In this document: in pieces, positions 39,494 to 50,183 of the stretch | Layout of the letters: each line of letters opens with the position of its first letter | Position numbering within the stretch: the stretch's first letter is position 1 | Origin: Burkholderiales bacterium | GTDB lineage: Bacteria; Pseudomonadota; Gammaproteobacteria; Burkholderiales; SG8-39 | Assembly (NCBI GenBank): GCA_049651845.1 | Contig: JBASCW010000052.1 | Location: forward strand, 19,667-83,666 | Direction of reading: 5' to 3' | DNA: 64,000 nt | Made by a program: the position numbers and the translations under genes | The notes under the pieces: generated by a model | Told to the model about the DNA's origin: nothing | What the model saw: only the letters and a program-made list of their open reading frames with translations | Databases searched by the model: none

Positions 39494-41583
39494 CAGTCGT
39501 CCGCGTGCGCGGCGGGGCGGTGCGCGGCCACCAGCTTCTGCTGCAGCGCGGGCGGCGCCGGGTCGTAGTGGCTGAACTCGAAGGTGTAGGAGCCGTGGCC
39601 CGCGGTGAGCGACTTCAGGCGCGCCGGGAAGTGCTCGAGCTCCGAGAGCGGTGCCTGCGCGAGGATCTGCACCGTGCCCGGGCGCGGCGCGTCCGAGCCC
39701 TTGATCTGACCGCGGTGCCCGGAGAGCTCGCCCGCGATGTCGCCCATCTTCTGCTCGGGCGCGACCACGTCGACGTTGACGATGGGTTCGAGCACGATCG
39801 GCCGCGCCTTGCCGAGCGCATCGAGGAAGGCCTTGCGCCCCGCCGAGACGAAGGCCACTTCCTTCGAGTCCACGGGATGGTGCTTGCCGTCGTAGACGAT
39901 CACGCGCAGGTCCTGGATCGGGTAGCCGGCGACGAAGCCCGAGGCGAGCACGCCGCGGATGCCCTTCTCGACGGCCGGGATGAACTGGTTCGGGATCGCG
40001 CCGCCCTTCACCTTGTCGACGAACTCGAAGCCCTTGCCGCGCGGCAGCGGCTCGACCTTGAGGTATACCTCGCCGAACTGGCCCGCGCCGCCGGTCTGCT
40101 TCTTGTGGCGGCTGTGGCCCTCGGCGCGCGCGGCGATGGTCTCGCGGTAGGGGATCGACGGCGGCCGCGTGTCGAGCTCGATCTTGTACTGCCCCTGCAT
40201 TTTCTCGAGCATCGTCTTCAGGTGCATCTCGCCCAGCCCGCGGATCACCATCTCATTGGCCTGCGCGTTGTGCTCGAGGCGAAAGCACGGATCCTCGGCC
40301 ATCAGCTTGTGCAGCGTGTCGGAGACCTTCTGCTCGTCGCCGCGCTTTCTCGGCTGCACCGCGAGGCCGAACACCGCGACCGGCAGCTCGAGCGGGCGCG
40401 CGTGGATGTGCGCGTCGCCCGGCGAGTCGTGCAGGATGTGGTCGAACTGGATCTCCTCGATCTTGGCGATCGCGCAGATGTCGCCGGGCACCGCTTCCTG
40501 CACCTCGACCTGCGTCTTGCCCCTGAGCACGTAGAGGTGTCCGGCCTTCACGGGCTTGCGGCCCTCGCCGACGTAGAGCTGCGTGCCCGGCGTGATGCGG
40601 CCCTGGTGCACGCGGAACACCGCGACCCGGCCGATGTAGGGGTCGATCTCGACCTTGAACACGTGCGCGAGCGCATGCAATCCCGGATCGGGCAGCGCCG
40701 TGAGCTCGGCGGGCGCCTCGCCGCCCGCCGGCACGTTGAGGTAGATGGGCGGGTTGCCTTCGGCCGGGTTGGGCAGCAGCTTGACGATCACGTCGAGCAG
40801 CTCGGCGATGCCGGCGCCCGTCTTCGCCGAGGTGAACACCACCGGGATCAGGTGGCCTTCGCGCATGGCGCGCTCGAGCGGCTCGTGCAGCTCCTCGGGC
40901 GCGACCTCGCCCTTGTCGAGATAGACGCTCATCAGCTTCTCGTCCACCTCGACCACCTGTTCGACCAGGCGTTTGTGCGCGTCCGCGACCGAGGAGAAGT
41001 CCGAGTCGCCGGCCGGCGCGAAGAAGCAGTCCGAGACCTTGGTCGCCCGCGCCGCGGGCAGGTTGAGCGGCAGGCATTCCTTGCCGTAGGCCTGCTGGAT
41101 CTTCTCCAGCAGCCCGGGCAGGTCGACGTTGTCGGCGTCGATCTTGTTGACGATCACCAGGCGGTCGAGGCCGCGCTTGGCGGCCCACTGCAGGAAGCGG
41201 CCGGTCATCATCTCGATGCCGTTCTGCGCGTTGATCACCACCGCGGCGGTCTCCACCGCGGCGAGCGCCGGCAGCGCGTGGCCGAGGAAATCCGGGTAGC
41301 CTGGCGTGTCGAGCAGGTGGACGCGGTGTTCCTGGGTTTCGAAACTCGCCACGGCGAGCTTGAGCGAATGCTTGAAGGACTTCTCGAGCGGCGTGTAGTC
41401 GCAGACCGTGCTGCCGCGCTCGACGCTGCCGCCCGCGGGCACCGCGCCCGCGGCCGCGAGCAGCGCCTCGGCGAGCGAGGTCTTGCCCGCGCCCGCCTGC
41501 CCCACGAGCGCCAGCGTGCGGATGCGCTTGATCGGGAATCTCGAAGAAGCGCTGGATGCAGCGCCGGAAGAACCGTTGGGCAC
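39493..41583 (-). CDS. Elongation factor G paralogue (EF-G-II / EF-G2 type), not the housekeeping fusA
   Basis: 696 aa with all five EF-G domains recognisable. The G motifs diverge from canonical EF-G: G1 is GQAGAGKTS (canonical AHIDAGKTT), G3 is DTPGYPDF (Tyr where canonical EF-G has the catalytic His of DTPGHVDF) and G4 is NKID. There are no str-operon neighbours. GTG start with GGAGG 6 nt upstream. Confidence 0.85.
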   Translation of the reverse strand: MPNGSSGAASSASSRFPIKRIRTLALVGQAGAGKTSLAEALLAAAGAVPAGGSVERGSTVCDYTPLEKSFKHSLKLAVASFETQEHRVHLLDTPGYPDFLGHALPALAAVETAAVVINAQNGIEMMTGRFLQWAAKRGLDRLVIVNKIDADNVDLPGLLEKIQQAYGKECLPLNLPAARATKVSDCFFAPAGDSDFSSVADAHKRLVEQVVEVDEKLMSVYLDKGEVAPEELHEPLERAMREGHLIPVVFTSAKTGAGIAELLDVIVKLLPNPAEGNPPIYLNVPAGGEAPAELTALPDPGLHALAHVFKVEIDPYIGRVAVFRVHQGRITPGTQLYVGEGRKPVKAGHLYVLRGKTQVEVQEAVPGDICAIAKIEEIQFDHILHDSPGDAHIHARPLELPVAVFGLAVQPRKRGDEQKVSDTLHKLMAEDPCFRLEHNAQANEMVIRGLGEMHLKTMLEKMQGQYKIELDTRPPSIPYRETIAARAEGHSRHKKQTGGAGQFGEVYLKVEPLPRGKGFEFVDKVKGGAIPNQFIPAVEKGIRGVLASGFVAGYPIQDLRVIVYDGKHHPVDSKEVAFVSAGRKAFLDALGKARPIVLEPIVNVDVVAPEQKMGDIAGELSGHRGQIKGSDAPRPGTVQILAQAPLSELEHFPARLKSLTAGHGSYTFEFSHYDPAPPALQQKLVAAHRPAAHADD

Positions 41584-41630
41584 GCCGGCCTCCTACCGTG
41601 GTCGCCAAAGGCCTTTTTTTATACCAGAAA

Positions 41631-42731
41631 CTACTTCTTCTTTTCTTCCTTTTTCGCCAGCAGATCGGCGCGCTTGCGGACGATGTCGTCGAGCTTCTGC
41701 TTCGGAATCAGTACGATGTGGCCTGCGAGCGCGCGCTCGCGCGCCAGGCGCTCGGCGAGCTTCTTCTGGCGCTCCTCGGCGTCCTTGCCTTCCGCCTTCG
41801 GCTCGCCTGCGACCGCGACGCTTGCATAGACGTTGTCGCCCTCGGACTTGCCCAGCTTCAGCACGTAGGTGAGACCGTCGAAGGTGCTCGCGGTGACGAC
41901 CGCGGGCCTGTCCAGGCCCGCGGCCTCGGGCCTGGCGCCCGGGGGCGCGACGTCGGCGATCTCGATCTGGCCGAAGGTATAGACGGCGGCGTTGGCCTTG
42001 GTGAGCTCCAGCTTCTCGTCGGCGCGCGCGCCGGCGAGCTTCCAGTCCGCGTTGTCGCCCGTGCGCTCGACACGCCAGGATGGCCCGGACGCCGCGCCCT
42101 TTGCGCCGGCAGCGCCCTCCGGATATTGCACGTCGAGCGACTTGATCTGGTCCGCGCCGATGCCCGCCTTGCTGATCCAGTCGGCCGATCGCGCCGAGGC
42201 CTGCGTGAGCGGATCGGCGACCACGTAGACGCGCTGCTCGTCGCCCGGCAGCGCGACGTAGCGCCCGTCGCCGATCGCCTTGTCGGGATTCTCGGGCGCC
42301 GACTTGAAGAACTTCCTGCCCACCGTGAGGCGCGCGAGCGGCTTGCCGTCGGCGCCGAGGAACTCGACCGCGGTGCCGCCCGCGTCGAGCTCCAGGCGCG
42401 CGCGGTCCTTCTCGCCGATCGGCTCGGCCTGGCTGATCTTCAGCGCGATCGCCTTCAGCACGAAGTCGCGCACCTTGTCGAAGTCCGCCGGGAAGCCGCC
42501 GCGCTCGGCGATCGTCCAGCGCTCGTCCTTGCGCGCGATCGTGATCGCCGCCTTGGGCTGGCGGATGACCACGCTGGCGACCTCGGCCGCCTGCAGTCCC
42601 TTGAACAGCGGCTGGCCGAGGCTCGCGGACTGCGCCGGCTGCTGCGAGCCCGACTGCTGGCGCACCAGCAGCGCGCCGCCGCCCAGCGCGGCGAGCAGCA
42701 CGACCAGGATGGCGACCGCGCGCGCGTTCAT
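41631..42731 (-). CDS. DUF4340-like periplasmic protein with N-terminal anchor
   Basis: Assigned from its position after a GldG-like gene and from the N-terminal TM. The LFKGLQAAEVASVVI...ITIARKDERWTI pattern fits my recollection of DUF4340. It has a Lys/Glu-rich C-tail. Confidence 0.6.
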   Translation of the reverse strand: MNARAVAILVVLLAALGGGALLVRQQSGSQQPAQSASLGQPLFKGLQAAEVASVVIRQPKAAITIARKDERWTIAERGGFPADFDKVRDFVLKAIALKISQAEPIGEKDRARLELDAGGTAVEFLGADGKPLARLTVGRKFFKSAPENPDKAIGDGRYVALPGDEQRVYVVADPLTQASARSADWISKAGIGADQIKSLDVQYPEGAAGAKGAASGPSWRVERTGDNADWKLAGARADEKLELTKANAAVYTFGQIEIADVAPPGARPEAAGLDRPAVVTASTFDGLTYVLKLGKSEGDNVYASVAVAGEPKAEGKDAEERQKKLAERLARERALAGHIVLIPKQKLDDIVRKRADLLAKKEEKKK

Positions 42732-44623
42732 GCCGCGAACTGTTTCTTTCTCTTGATGAAGAACACCAGCAAGCCGCCGAGGATCACCAGCAGCGGCATC
42801 AGCGCGATGTTGGCGACCTTGGTCCAGAACACCAGCGCCTCGGCGTCCTGGCGCAGGTTCTTGCGCAGGTCCTTGAGCTCGCGGCGCGTCTCGGTCACGC
42901 GCTTGCGGAAGTTCTCGATCTCGGCCTGCTGCTCGGGCGTCATGATGAGCGCACCCTTGGCGGCGGCGCCGCGCGCCTTCTGCAGCGCCTGCAGCTTCTC
43001 GGTGGTCTTCTGCAGCTCGTCCTCGAGCGCCTTCAGGCGGCCGAAGTACTGCTCCTGCGCGCGCGCCTGCATCTCGCGCACCACGGTGAGCGGCCGGAAG
43101 GCGTCGGCGCGGCTGCGCAGCGAAGTCAGCGCGTCGCCCGCGGCCGCCTGCTCGACCAGGCCCTGCGCGAACGCGAGGTTGCCGTTCGACGGCACCACCA
43201 CCTTGCGGCCGAACACCTCCTGCGTGTCCACCGCGGCGCCGTCGTTCAGCATGTCGACGTCGGCGACCAGGATCACCGAGTTCTCCGCCGCGCCTTCCTT
43301 GAGGCCGTCCTTGAGTGGCGGCGCCTTGGCATCGTTCGGTTTCGGTGGTCCTTCCGCAAAGGCGGTCTTGAACTTGCCGGCGAGGCGCAGCGCAAGCGGC
43401 CGCGCCTTGTTGTCGGGCTGGAAGCCCTTGGTCGCCGCCTCGCCCGACAGGGTCGCCACGGCGTTGTCCACCAGCATCGAGTTGGGCGAGCTCTTGAGCA
43501 GCTCGGTCGCCTTGAGCCCTTGCGCGGGCTTGCCGTCGTCAAGAAGCGCGAAAGCGCCGCCGAAGGCATACAACAGGGTCTCGATCTGGCTGGTCGTGAC
43601 CTCGTCGCGGTTGAGCGCGGTGCGATTGAGCGTGAGCACCGTCGGCGTGTAGCGCTGGCCGGCGCCCGAGGCGTAGACGACGTCGGCGATCACCTTGCCC
43701 GGGTCCATCTCCACGCCCCAGGCCTTGAACAGTTTCGGCAGCGACGAGCTGGTGCCGCCGCCGCCCATGCCGGGCATCGGGCCGGGCTGCTGGTCGAAGA
43801 AGGCGTACGGGTCGGCGAAGACGATCAATTTGCCGCCACGCAGCACGAACTGGTCGAGCGCGTACTCGGTGGCCTCCGGCAGGTCGCGCGGGTGGATCAC
43901 CAGCAGCGTATGGATGGCCGGGTCGATCGACTCGGCGAGCAGCGACACCGGCCGCACGTCGAAATCGCGCTTGAGCTCGGTCGCGAGCACCCAGGGTTCG
44001 CTGCTCTGGCGCGTCATCGGGTTGAACTTCTCGCCGAGCACCGGCAACGCCGACATCAGGCCCAGCACCGGGCGCTCGGTGCTGCCCACGCGCGCGATCG
44101 CGCGCGCGAGGTCGTACTCGAGCAGGCGCTCGCGCTGCATCGACACCACGGGCAGCACCTGCCGGCGCTCGAGCTGGCTCACCACGATGCCGAGGTAGAA
44201 CTGCTCGCCCGTGAACAGCTGCTGCGCCTCGACGCCGTCGTCCTGCGCGCGCTCCTCGTCCTCGCTGTCGGGCCTGGGGTTGTAGGTCTCGATGATCAGG
44301 TTGCTGCCGGCCACCGCCTTGAACTCGCCCGCGAGATCCTCGACGCGGCGTGTGAAGCTGCGCAGCTGCACCGGCACCGACTCGCCCTGCGAGATGTACA
44401 GCCGCAGCCGGATCGGCGACTCCAGGCCGCGCAGGATCTTCTTGGTGCCGTCCGACAGCGTGTAGAGCTGGCCTGCGGTGAGGTCTAGGCGCGGCGCGCG
44501 CAGCGCGAGCAGGTAATAGGCGGCGACCAGGATCAGGAACAGCGCCGCCAGCCCAATCGCCGAGAACACCACCGTCTCGTGCTTGTGCAGGAACCCGCGA
44601 GCGGGTTGGAGGAACGCTTTCAT
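42728..44623 (-). CDS. GldG-like ABC-transporter auxiliary component (Gldg family)
   Basis: 631 aa with N- and C-terminal TM helices around a large periplasmic domain and a coiled-coil stretch near the C-terminus. The ATG overlaps the permease stop (ATGA). Confidence 0.7.
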   Translation of the reverse strand: MKAFLQPARGFLHKHETVVFSAIGLAALFLILVAAYYLLALRAPRLDLTAGQLYTLSDGTKKILRGLESPIRLRLYISQGESVPVQLRSFTRRVEDLAGEFKAVAGSNLIIETYNPRPDSEDEERAQDDGVEAQQLFTGEQFYLGIVVSQLERRQVLPVVSMQRERLLEYDLARAIARVGSTERPVLGLMSALPVLGEKFNPMTRQSSEPWVLATELKRDFDVRPVSLLAESIDPAIHTLLVIHPRDLPEATEYALDQFVLRGGKLIVFADPYAFFDQQPGPMPGMGGGGTSSSLPKLFKAWGVEMDPGKVIADVVYASGAGQRYTPTVLTLNRTALNRDEVTTSQIETLLYAFGGAFALLDDGKPAQGLKATELLKSSPNSMLVDNAVATLSGEAATKGFQPDNKARPLALRLAGKFKTAFAEGPPKPNDAKAPPLKDGLKEGAAENSVILVADVDMLNDGAAVDTQEVFGRKVVVPSNGNLAFAQGLVEQAAAGDALTSLRSRADAFRPLTVVREMQARAQEQYFGRLKALEDELQKTTEKLQALQKARGAAAKGALIMTPEQQAEIENFRKRVTETRRELKDLRKNLRQDAEALVFWTKVANIALMPLLVILGGLLVFFIKRKKQFAA

Positions 44624-45345
44624 CGGTTGCGCAGCACCACGCCGGTGGCGAACAGCGAGAAGCCGATCACCGAGAAGAAGAAGAAGACGTCGCGCGCGTC
44701 GATCACGCCCTTCTGGAAGCCCTCGAAGTGGGTCACGACGGAGAACGAAGCCACCGCGTCCACCAGCACGGGGCTCGCCCAGCGCGCCATCAGGTCGGTC
44801 ACCGGGTTGAAGCCCGCGAGGATCAGGAACAGGCAGGCGACCTCGGACAGGATGAAGGCCACCACCTGGTTGCGCGTCAGCGCCGAGGTCGCGCAGGTCA
44901 CCGCGAGGTAGGCCCCCGCAAGCAGCAGGCTGCCGAGGTAGCCCGCGAAGATCATGCCGTTGTCGGGCTCGCCCAGCACGTTCACCGTGACCACCACGGG
45001 GAAGGTGAGCGCGAGTGCGAGCGCGATGAAGATCCAAGAGGCGAGGAACTTGCCGGCGATCGCCTGCCAAGGCGTGATCGGCATCGTCAGCAGCAGCTCC
45101 AGCGTTCCGGAGCGCCGCTCCTCGGCCCACAGGCGCATGCCCACCGCCGGCACCAGCACCAGGTACAGCCAGGGATGCCAGCCGAAGAAGGCGCCCAGGC
45201 TCGCTTCGCCGCGCTCGAAGAACTGCCCCGCGGTGAAGGTGAAGAAGCCCGTGAGCAGCAGGAAGATCACCAGGAACACGTAGGCCACGGGCGAGGTGAA
45301 GTAGCTCGAGAGCTCGCGCTTGGCGATGACCCAGGCGGGCTTCAT
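44620..45345 (-). CDS. ABC-2 type transporter permease
   Basis: 241 aa with 6 TM segments. Has MKPAWVIAKRELSSYFTSPVAYV and LWAEERRSGTLELLLTMPI (GldF/ABC-2 family signature). Confidence 0.85.
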   Translation of the reverse strand: MKPAWVIAKRELSSYFTSPVAYVFLVIFLLLTGFFTFTAGQFFERGEASLGAFFGWHPWLYLVLVPAVGMRLWAEERRSGTLELLLTMPITPWQAIAGKFLASWIFIALALALTFPVVVTVNVLGEPDNGMIFAGYLGSLLLAGAYLAVTCATSALTRNQVVAFILSEVACLFLILAGFNPVTDLMARWASPVLVDAVASFSVVTHFEGFQKGVIDARDVFFFFSVIGFSLFATGVVLRNR

Positions 45346-46076
45346 GGCGTCACCTGGTCGCGTGCGCCGGCCCGCGTGTCGGTCGTCGTGATGCGGCGGA
45401 ACACTTCGTCCAGCGGCCGGCCGAGCTCGTCGGGCGTGCCCTGCGCGACGATGCGGCCGCGGTCGATGATGATCGCGCGCGTGCAGGCCGCATCCACCTC
45501 TTCGAGGATGTGGGTCGAGAACACCACCGCTTTGCTTTTTCCCAGTTCCCGGATGAGGTTGCGCACTTCGTGCTTCTGGTTCGGGTCCAGGCCGTCGGTC
45601 GGCTCGTCCAGCACCAGCACCTCGGGATCGTGGATCAGCGCCTGCGCGAGGCAGGTGCGGTGGCGGTAGCCCTTGGACAGGGTGTCGATCGACTGGTGCA
45701 GCACCGAGTCTAGGAAGCAGCGCTCGACCGCGCGCGCAATGGCGCGACGCTTGGCGTCCCCGGACAGGCCGCGCATCTCGGCGGCAAAGGAAAGGAAGCC
45801 GCGCACGGTCATGTCGGCGTAGGCCGCGGCGTTTTCGGGCAGGTAGCCGATCAGGCGCTTGGCCTCGAGCGGCGACTCCGCGAGGTCGTGGCCGCCGACG
45901 CTGACCTTGCCCCCGTCGGGTGCGTAGTAGCCGGTGATCATGCGCATGGTGGTGGACTTGCCCGAGCCGTTGGGGCCCAGGAAGCCCACGACCTCGCCGC
46001 GCTCGACGTTGAACGAGATGCCGTCCACGGCGCGCTTCGAGCCGAAATTCTTGACCAGGTTGTCGATCCGAATCAT
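45342..46076 (-). CDS. ABC transporter ATP-binding protein
   Basis: Walker A is GPNGSGKST, the signature is LSKGYRHR and Walker B is VLVLDEP. The start was chosen at MIRIDNL (46076). The ORF is open to ATG 46103 and GTG 46109. Confidence 0.88.
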   Translation of the reverse strand: MIRIDNLVKNFGSKRAVDGISFNVERGEVVGFLGPNGSGKSTTMRMITGYYAPDGGKVSVGGHDLAESPLEAKRLIGYLPENAAAYADMTVRGFLSFAAEMRGLSGDAKRRAIARAVERCFLDSVLHQSIDTLSKGYRHRTCLAQALIHDPEVLVLDEPTDGLDPNQKHEVRNLIRELGKSKAVVFSTHILEEVDAACTRAIIIDRGRIVAQGTPDELGRPLDEVFRRITTTDTRAGARDQVTP

Positions 46077-46153
46077 GGGGGTGTTCGACTTGCGGGGGCG
46101 CATTATCACCCAAAATCGCCCAGGCTTAGAATGGGTGATCCTGAGGAGGTTCC

Positions 46154-47089
46154 ATGCAGAAGTTGTTCGCGTTGCTGTTTGCCCTGCTGGCGGCGCCCGC
46201 GCTCGCGCAGCCCAGCCTGAAGATGATGATCCCGGCCAATCCGGGCGGCGGCTGGGACCAGACCGGCCGCAGCCTCGCGGCGGCGATGCAGAGCGCCAAG
46301 CTCGTGTCCGGCGTGCAGTTCGAGAACAAGGGCGGCGCGGCCGGCATCATCGGCCTCGCCCAGTTCGCCAACGCCGCCAGGGGCGACCCGAACGCGGTGA
46401 TGATCGGCGGCATGGTGATGGCCGGCGGCATCATCCTCGGCAAGTCGCAGGTCAACCTCTCCCAGGTCACCCCGATCGCGCGGCTCACGAGCGAGTGGGA
46501 GGTCGTCGTCGTGCCGGCCGCCTCGCCGCTCAAGACGATGGCCGACGTGGTGAAGCTGCTCAAGGAGAACCCCGGAAAGGTGTCCTGGGGCGGCGGCTCG
46601 GCGGGCGGCACCGACCACATCCTCGCCGGCCTCATCGCCAGGGCGGTCGGCGTGGACGCGTCGAAGGTCAACTACGTCGCCTACAAGGGCGGCGGCGAGG
46701 CGATCGCCGCCATTCTCGGCGGCCACGTCACCGTCGGCGTCTCCGGCATCGGCGAGTTCGCCGAGCAGGTGAAGGCGGGCAAGATGCGCGCGCTGGCGCA
46801 ATCGGGGCCGGCCCGGGTCGACGGCATCCCCACGCTCAAGGAGCAGGGCATCGACGTCGAGCTCGGCAACTGGCGCGGCATCTTCGGCGCGCCCGGCATC
46901 ACGCCGCAGCAGCGCGATGCGCTCGTGAAGCTGGTCAAGGACGCGACCGAGACGCCGGCCTGGAAGGCGACGCTGGAGAAACTCGGCTGGACAGGCGTGT
47001 TCCTCGGCGGCGAGGACTATCACAGGTTCATCGACGAAGACACCAAGCGTGTCGGCGCCATCATCGAGTCGCTCGGGCTGAAGAAGTAG
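46154..47089 (+). CDS. tctC: Tripartite tricarboxylate transporter substrate-binding protein
   Basis: Bug-family receptor with a signal peptide, immediately followed by tctB and tctA. Confidence 0.88.
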   Translation: MQKLFALLFALLAAPALAQPSLKMMIPANPGGGWDQTGRSLAAAMQSAKLVSGVQFENKGGAAGIIGLAQFANAARGDPNAVMIGGMVMAGGIILGKSQVNLSQVTPIARLTSEWEVVVVPAASPLKTMADVVKLLKENPGKVSWGGGSAGGTDHILAGLIARAVGVDASKVNYVAYKGGGEAIAAILGGHVTVGVSGIGEFAEQVKAGKMRALAQSGPARVDGIPTLKEQGIDVELGNWRGIFGAPGITPQQRDALVKLVKDATETPAWKATLEKLGWTGVFLGGEDYHRFIDEDTKRVGAIIESLGLKK

Positions 47090-47105
47090 CCGGGCGGGCA
47101 AGCCC

Positions 47106-47606
47106 GTGCGCCGCTCGGAGGCCGAGATCGCGCTGTCGCTGGGCGTGCTCGCGCTCGGGCTGGGCGTGATCGGTGTCACCGCGACGCTGCCCTCCGAGGG
47201 CGGCTATTCCGGCATCGGGCCGAACTTCTTTCCCGGCGTCATCGGCGCCGGCATCCTGCTGCTCGGGGCCTGGCTCGCTTGGGAGTCGATCACGGGCGGC
47301 TGGCGCGACGCGGCGCCCGACGACGCGCGCGAGCGCGGCGAGCACGCGTTCAACCCGGGCGCGTTCGGCTGGATCACGGCGGGCCTGTTCGTTCACATGG
47401 CGCTGATCGGCACGGGCGGCTTCGTGGTCGCGGGCGCGGCGCTGTTCGCCTGCGTGGCGCGCGGCTTCGGCAGCCGGCGCCCGGCGCGCGACCTCGCCTT
47501 CGGCCTCGCGCTCACGGTCGCGGTGTACCTGTTCTTCGTGAAGCTCCTCAACGTCAACCTGCCGGCGGGCTGGCTCGCGCCCCTGCTCGGCACCGCGGGA
47601 GTCTGA
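47106..47606 (+). CDS. tctB: Tripartite tricarboxylate transporter small membrane protein
   Basis: 166 aa with 4 TM segments and a GTG start, located between tctC and tctA. Confidence 0.8.
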   Translation: MRRSEAEIALSLGVLALGLGVIGVTATLPSEGGYSGIGPNFFPGVIGAGILLLGAWLAWESITGGWRDAAPDDARERGEHAFNPGAFGWITAGLFVHMALIGTGGFVVAGAALFACVARGFGSRRPARDLAFGLALTVAVYLFFVKLLNVNLPAGWLAPLLGTAGV

Positions 47607-47607
47607 G

Positions 47608-49098
47608 GTGGAGGCGCTCGGCGCGCTCGCCGCGGGCTTCGCGGTCGCGCTCAAGCCGCTCAACCTGCTGTGGGGATTCATCGGCGTGACGCTGGGCACC
47701 TTCATTGGCGTGCTGCCCGGCGTCGGCCCGGCGCTCACGGTGGCGATGCTGCTGCCGCTCACGGTCAAACTCGACCCGACCGGCGCGCTGATCATGTTCG
47801 CGGGCATCTACTACGGCGCGATGTTCGGCGGCTCCACGACTACGATCCTGCTGAACACGCCCGGCGAATCGGCCTCGATCGCCACCGCGCTGGAGGGCAA
47901 CCAGATGGCCAAGCGCGGGCGCGCGGGCCCGGCGCTCGCCACCGCCGCGATCGGCTCTTTCGTCGCCGGCAGCATCGCCACGGTGCTGTTCACGCTGCTC
48001 GCGCCGCTGGTGGTCGACCTCGCGCTCAAGTTCGGGCCGGCCGAGTACTTCTCGCTGATGGTGTTCGCGTTCATCACCGTGTCGGCGGTGCTGGGCGCAT
48101 CCACCGTGCGCGGGCTCACGAGCCTGTTCATTGGGCTTTTCCTCGGCCTGATCGGCATCGACAGCCAGAGCGGTCAGCCGCGCTTCGCCTTCGGCGTGGG
48201 CGAGCTGCTGGACGGCATCGATGTGGTGGTGCTCGCCGTGGGCCTGTTCGCGGTGGGCGAGGCGCTCTACGTCGCGGCCTACCAGAGCCGCCTCACCGGG
48301 AGCATCGAGAAAATCAAGGGCTCGATCCTGATGTCGGCCGAGGACTGGAAGCGCTCCTGGCCCGCGTGGCTGCGCGCCACCGCGATCGGCTTTCCGTTCG
48401 GCACCATTCCGGCGGGCGGCACCGAAATCCCGACCTTCCTCTCCTATACCGTGGAAAAGAAGCTCTCCAAGCATCCCGAGGAGTTCGGCAAGGGCGCGAT
48501 CGAGGGCGTCGCCGGGCCGGAGGCGGCCAACAACGCCTCGGCGACCGGCGTGCTGGTGCCGCTGCTCACGCTCGGCATCCCGACCTCGGCCACGGCGGCG
48601 ATCCTGCTCGGCGCGTTCCAGAACTACGGCCTGCAACCCGGGCCGCTGCTGTTCCAGTCGCAGGCCGACCTGGTCTGGGGCCTGATCGCGAGCCTGTACG
48701 TCGGCAACCTGATCCTGCTCGTGCTCAACCTGCCGCTCATCGGCATCTGGGTGAAGGTGCTGCAGATCCCGAAGGATCTGCTGTACGCGGGCATCCTCGT
48801 GTTCGCCACGCTCGGCGCCTACAGCCTGCACCAGTCCTGGGTGGACCTGCTGACGCTCTACGTCTTCGGCCTGATGGGCTTCGCAATGCGCCGCTGGGAC
48901 ATCCCGGTGGGCCCGGCGGTGATCGGCCTGATCCTCGGGCCGCTTGCCGAGACGCAGTTCCGCCGCGCGCTAGCGATCAGCCAGGGCGACGCGAGCGTGT
49001 TCCTGACGCAGCCGATTTCCGCCGGATTCCTCGCGGTGACCGCTGCGCTGGTGGTCCTGCCCTGGGCGGTGCGCCGCTGGCGCGCGCGCCGGACCTAG
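47608..49098 (+). CDS. tctA: Tripartite tricarboxylate transporter large permease
   Basis: 496-aa polytopic protein with the TctA hallmarks ([23 protein letters not shown]). Confidence 0.9.
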   Translation: MEALGALAAGFAVALKPLNLLWGFIGVTLGTFIGVLPGVGPALTVAMLLPLTVKLDPTGALIMFAGIYYGAMFGGSTTTILLNTPGESASIATALEGNQMAKRGRAGPALATAAIGSFVAGSIATVLFTLLAPLVVDLALKFGPAEYFSLMVFAFITVSAVLGASTVRGLTSLFIGLFLGLIGIDSQSGQPRFAFGVGELLDGIDVVVLAVGLFAVGEALYVAAYQSRLTGSIEKIKGSILMSAEDWKRSWPAWLRATAIGFPFGTIPAGGTEIPTFLSYTVEKKLSKHPEEFGKGAIEGVAGPEAANNASATGVLVPLLTLGIPTSATAAILLGAFQNYGLQPGPLLFQSQADLVWGLIASLYVGNLILLVLNLPLIGIWVKVLQIPKDLLYAGILVFATLGAYSLHQSWVDLLTLYVFGLMGFAMRRWDIPVGPAVIGLILGPLAETQFRRALAISQGDASVFLTQPISAGFLAVTAALVVLPWAVRRWRARRT

Positions 49099-49160
49099 AA
49101 GCAAGCAGCGGCGGTGTAAAATTTCCGCGTTCTCGTTTCCCGAATTCACTCAATCCGCAC

Positions 49161-50183
49161 ATGGATAAATCACTGCTGGCAAGAACCGCGGCCGCGATGG
49201 TCGCACGCGGCAAGGGCGTTCTCGCCGCCGACGAATCGAGCGGCACCTGCGAGACGCGCTTCAAGACCATCAACACGCCCTGCACCGAGGAGAACCGGCG
49301 CGCCTACCGCGGCCTGCTGTTCACCACGCCCGGCATCGAGAAGTTCGTCTCCGGCGTGATCCTGTACGACGAGACCACGCGGCAGAAGACCGAGGACGGC
49401 ACGCTGTTCCCGGACTACCTGGCCAAGAAGGGCATCCTGCCCGGCATCAAGGTGGACACCGGCGCGAAGAACCTCGCGCTCTGCCCGGGCGAGAAGGTGA
49501 CCGAGGGCCTGGACGGCCTGCGCGAGCGGCTGGCGGGTTATTTCAAGGCGGGCTGCCGCTTCGCCAAGTGGCGAGCGGTGATCACGATCGGCGAGGGCAT
49601 CCCCAGCCACACTTGCCTGTACGCCAACGCGCACGCGCTCGCGCGCTACGCGGCGCTGTGCCAGGAGGCCTCCATCGTGCCGATGATCGAGCCCGAGGTG
49701 CTGCTCGACGGCGAGCATACGATCGAGCGCTGCGAGGACGTGACCGAGGCGACTCTGCGCGCGACCTACGCGGCAATGGCGGCGCACAACGTCTCGTTCG
49801 AGCACCTGATCCTGAAGACGAGCATGGTGGTCTCGGGCAAGGCGAACGCGCGCCAGGCGGGCGTGGACGAGGTCGCCGAGCGCACGCTGCGCGTGCTCAA
49901 GCGCACGGTGCCGGCGGCGCAGCCGGGCATCGTCTTCCTGTCGGGCGGGCAGTCGGACGTGTCGGCGACGGCGCACCTGAACGCCATGGCGGCGGTGAAA
50001 GGCCTGCCCTGGCCGCTCACGTTTTCGTATTCGCGCGCGCTGCAGAACCCGGCGCTCGGCGCCTGGAAGGGGCAGAGCGCCAACGTGGCCGCGGCGCAGC
50101 GCGCCTTCCATCACCGCGCGCACATGAACGGCCTGGCCGCCGAGGGCAAGTGGAAGCCGGAGCTGGAAAAGCAGGCCGCCTGA
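49161..50183 (+). CDS. Class I (Schiff-base) fructose-bisphosphate aldolase
   Basis: Has [22 protein letters not shown] and [14 protein letters not shown] carries the family's Schiff-base Lys position. It is a second, mechanistically distinct FBA in the window. Confidence 0.9.
   Translation: MDKSLLARTAAAMVARGKGVLAADESSGTCETRFKTINTPCTEENRRAYRGLLFTTPGIEKFVSGVILYDETTRQKTEDGTLFPDYLAKKGILPGIKVDTGAKNLALCPGEKVTEGLDGLRERLAGYFKAGCRFAKWRAVITIGEGIPSHTCLYANAHALARYAALCQEASIVPMIEPEVLLDGEHTIERCEDVTEATLRATYAAMAAHNVSFEHLILKTSMVVSGKANARQAGVDEVAERTLRVLKRTVPAAQPGIVFLSGGQSDVSATAHLNAMAAVKGLPWPLTFSYSRALQNPALGAWKGQSANVAAAQRAFHHRAHMNGLAAEGKWKPELEKQAA

Noticed and set aside
39493-41583. Annotating the EF-G-like gene as the housekeeping fusA.
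   Set aside because: The G1 and G3 motifs are divergent (Tyr in place of the catalytic His), rpsL, rpsG and tuf are absent, and the gene follows an ABC-2/GldG block. It fits the EF-G-II paralogue class instead.
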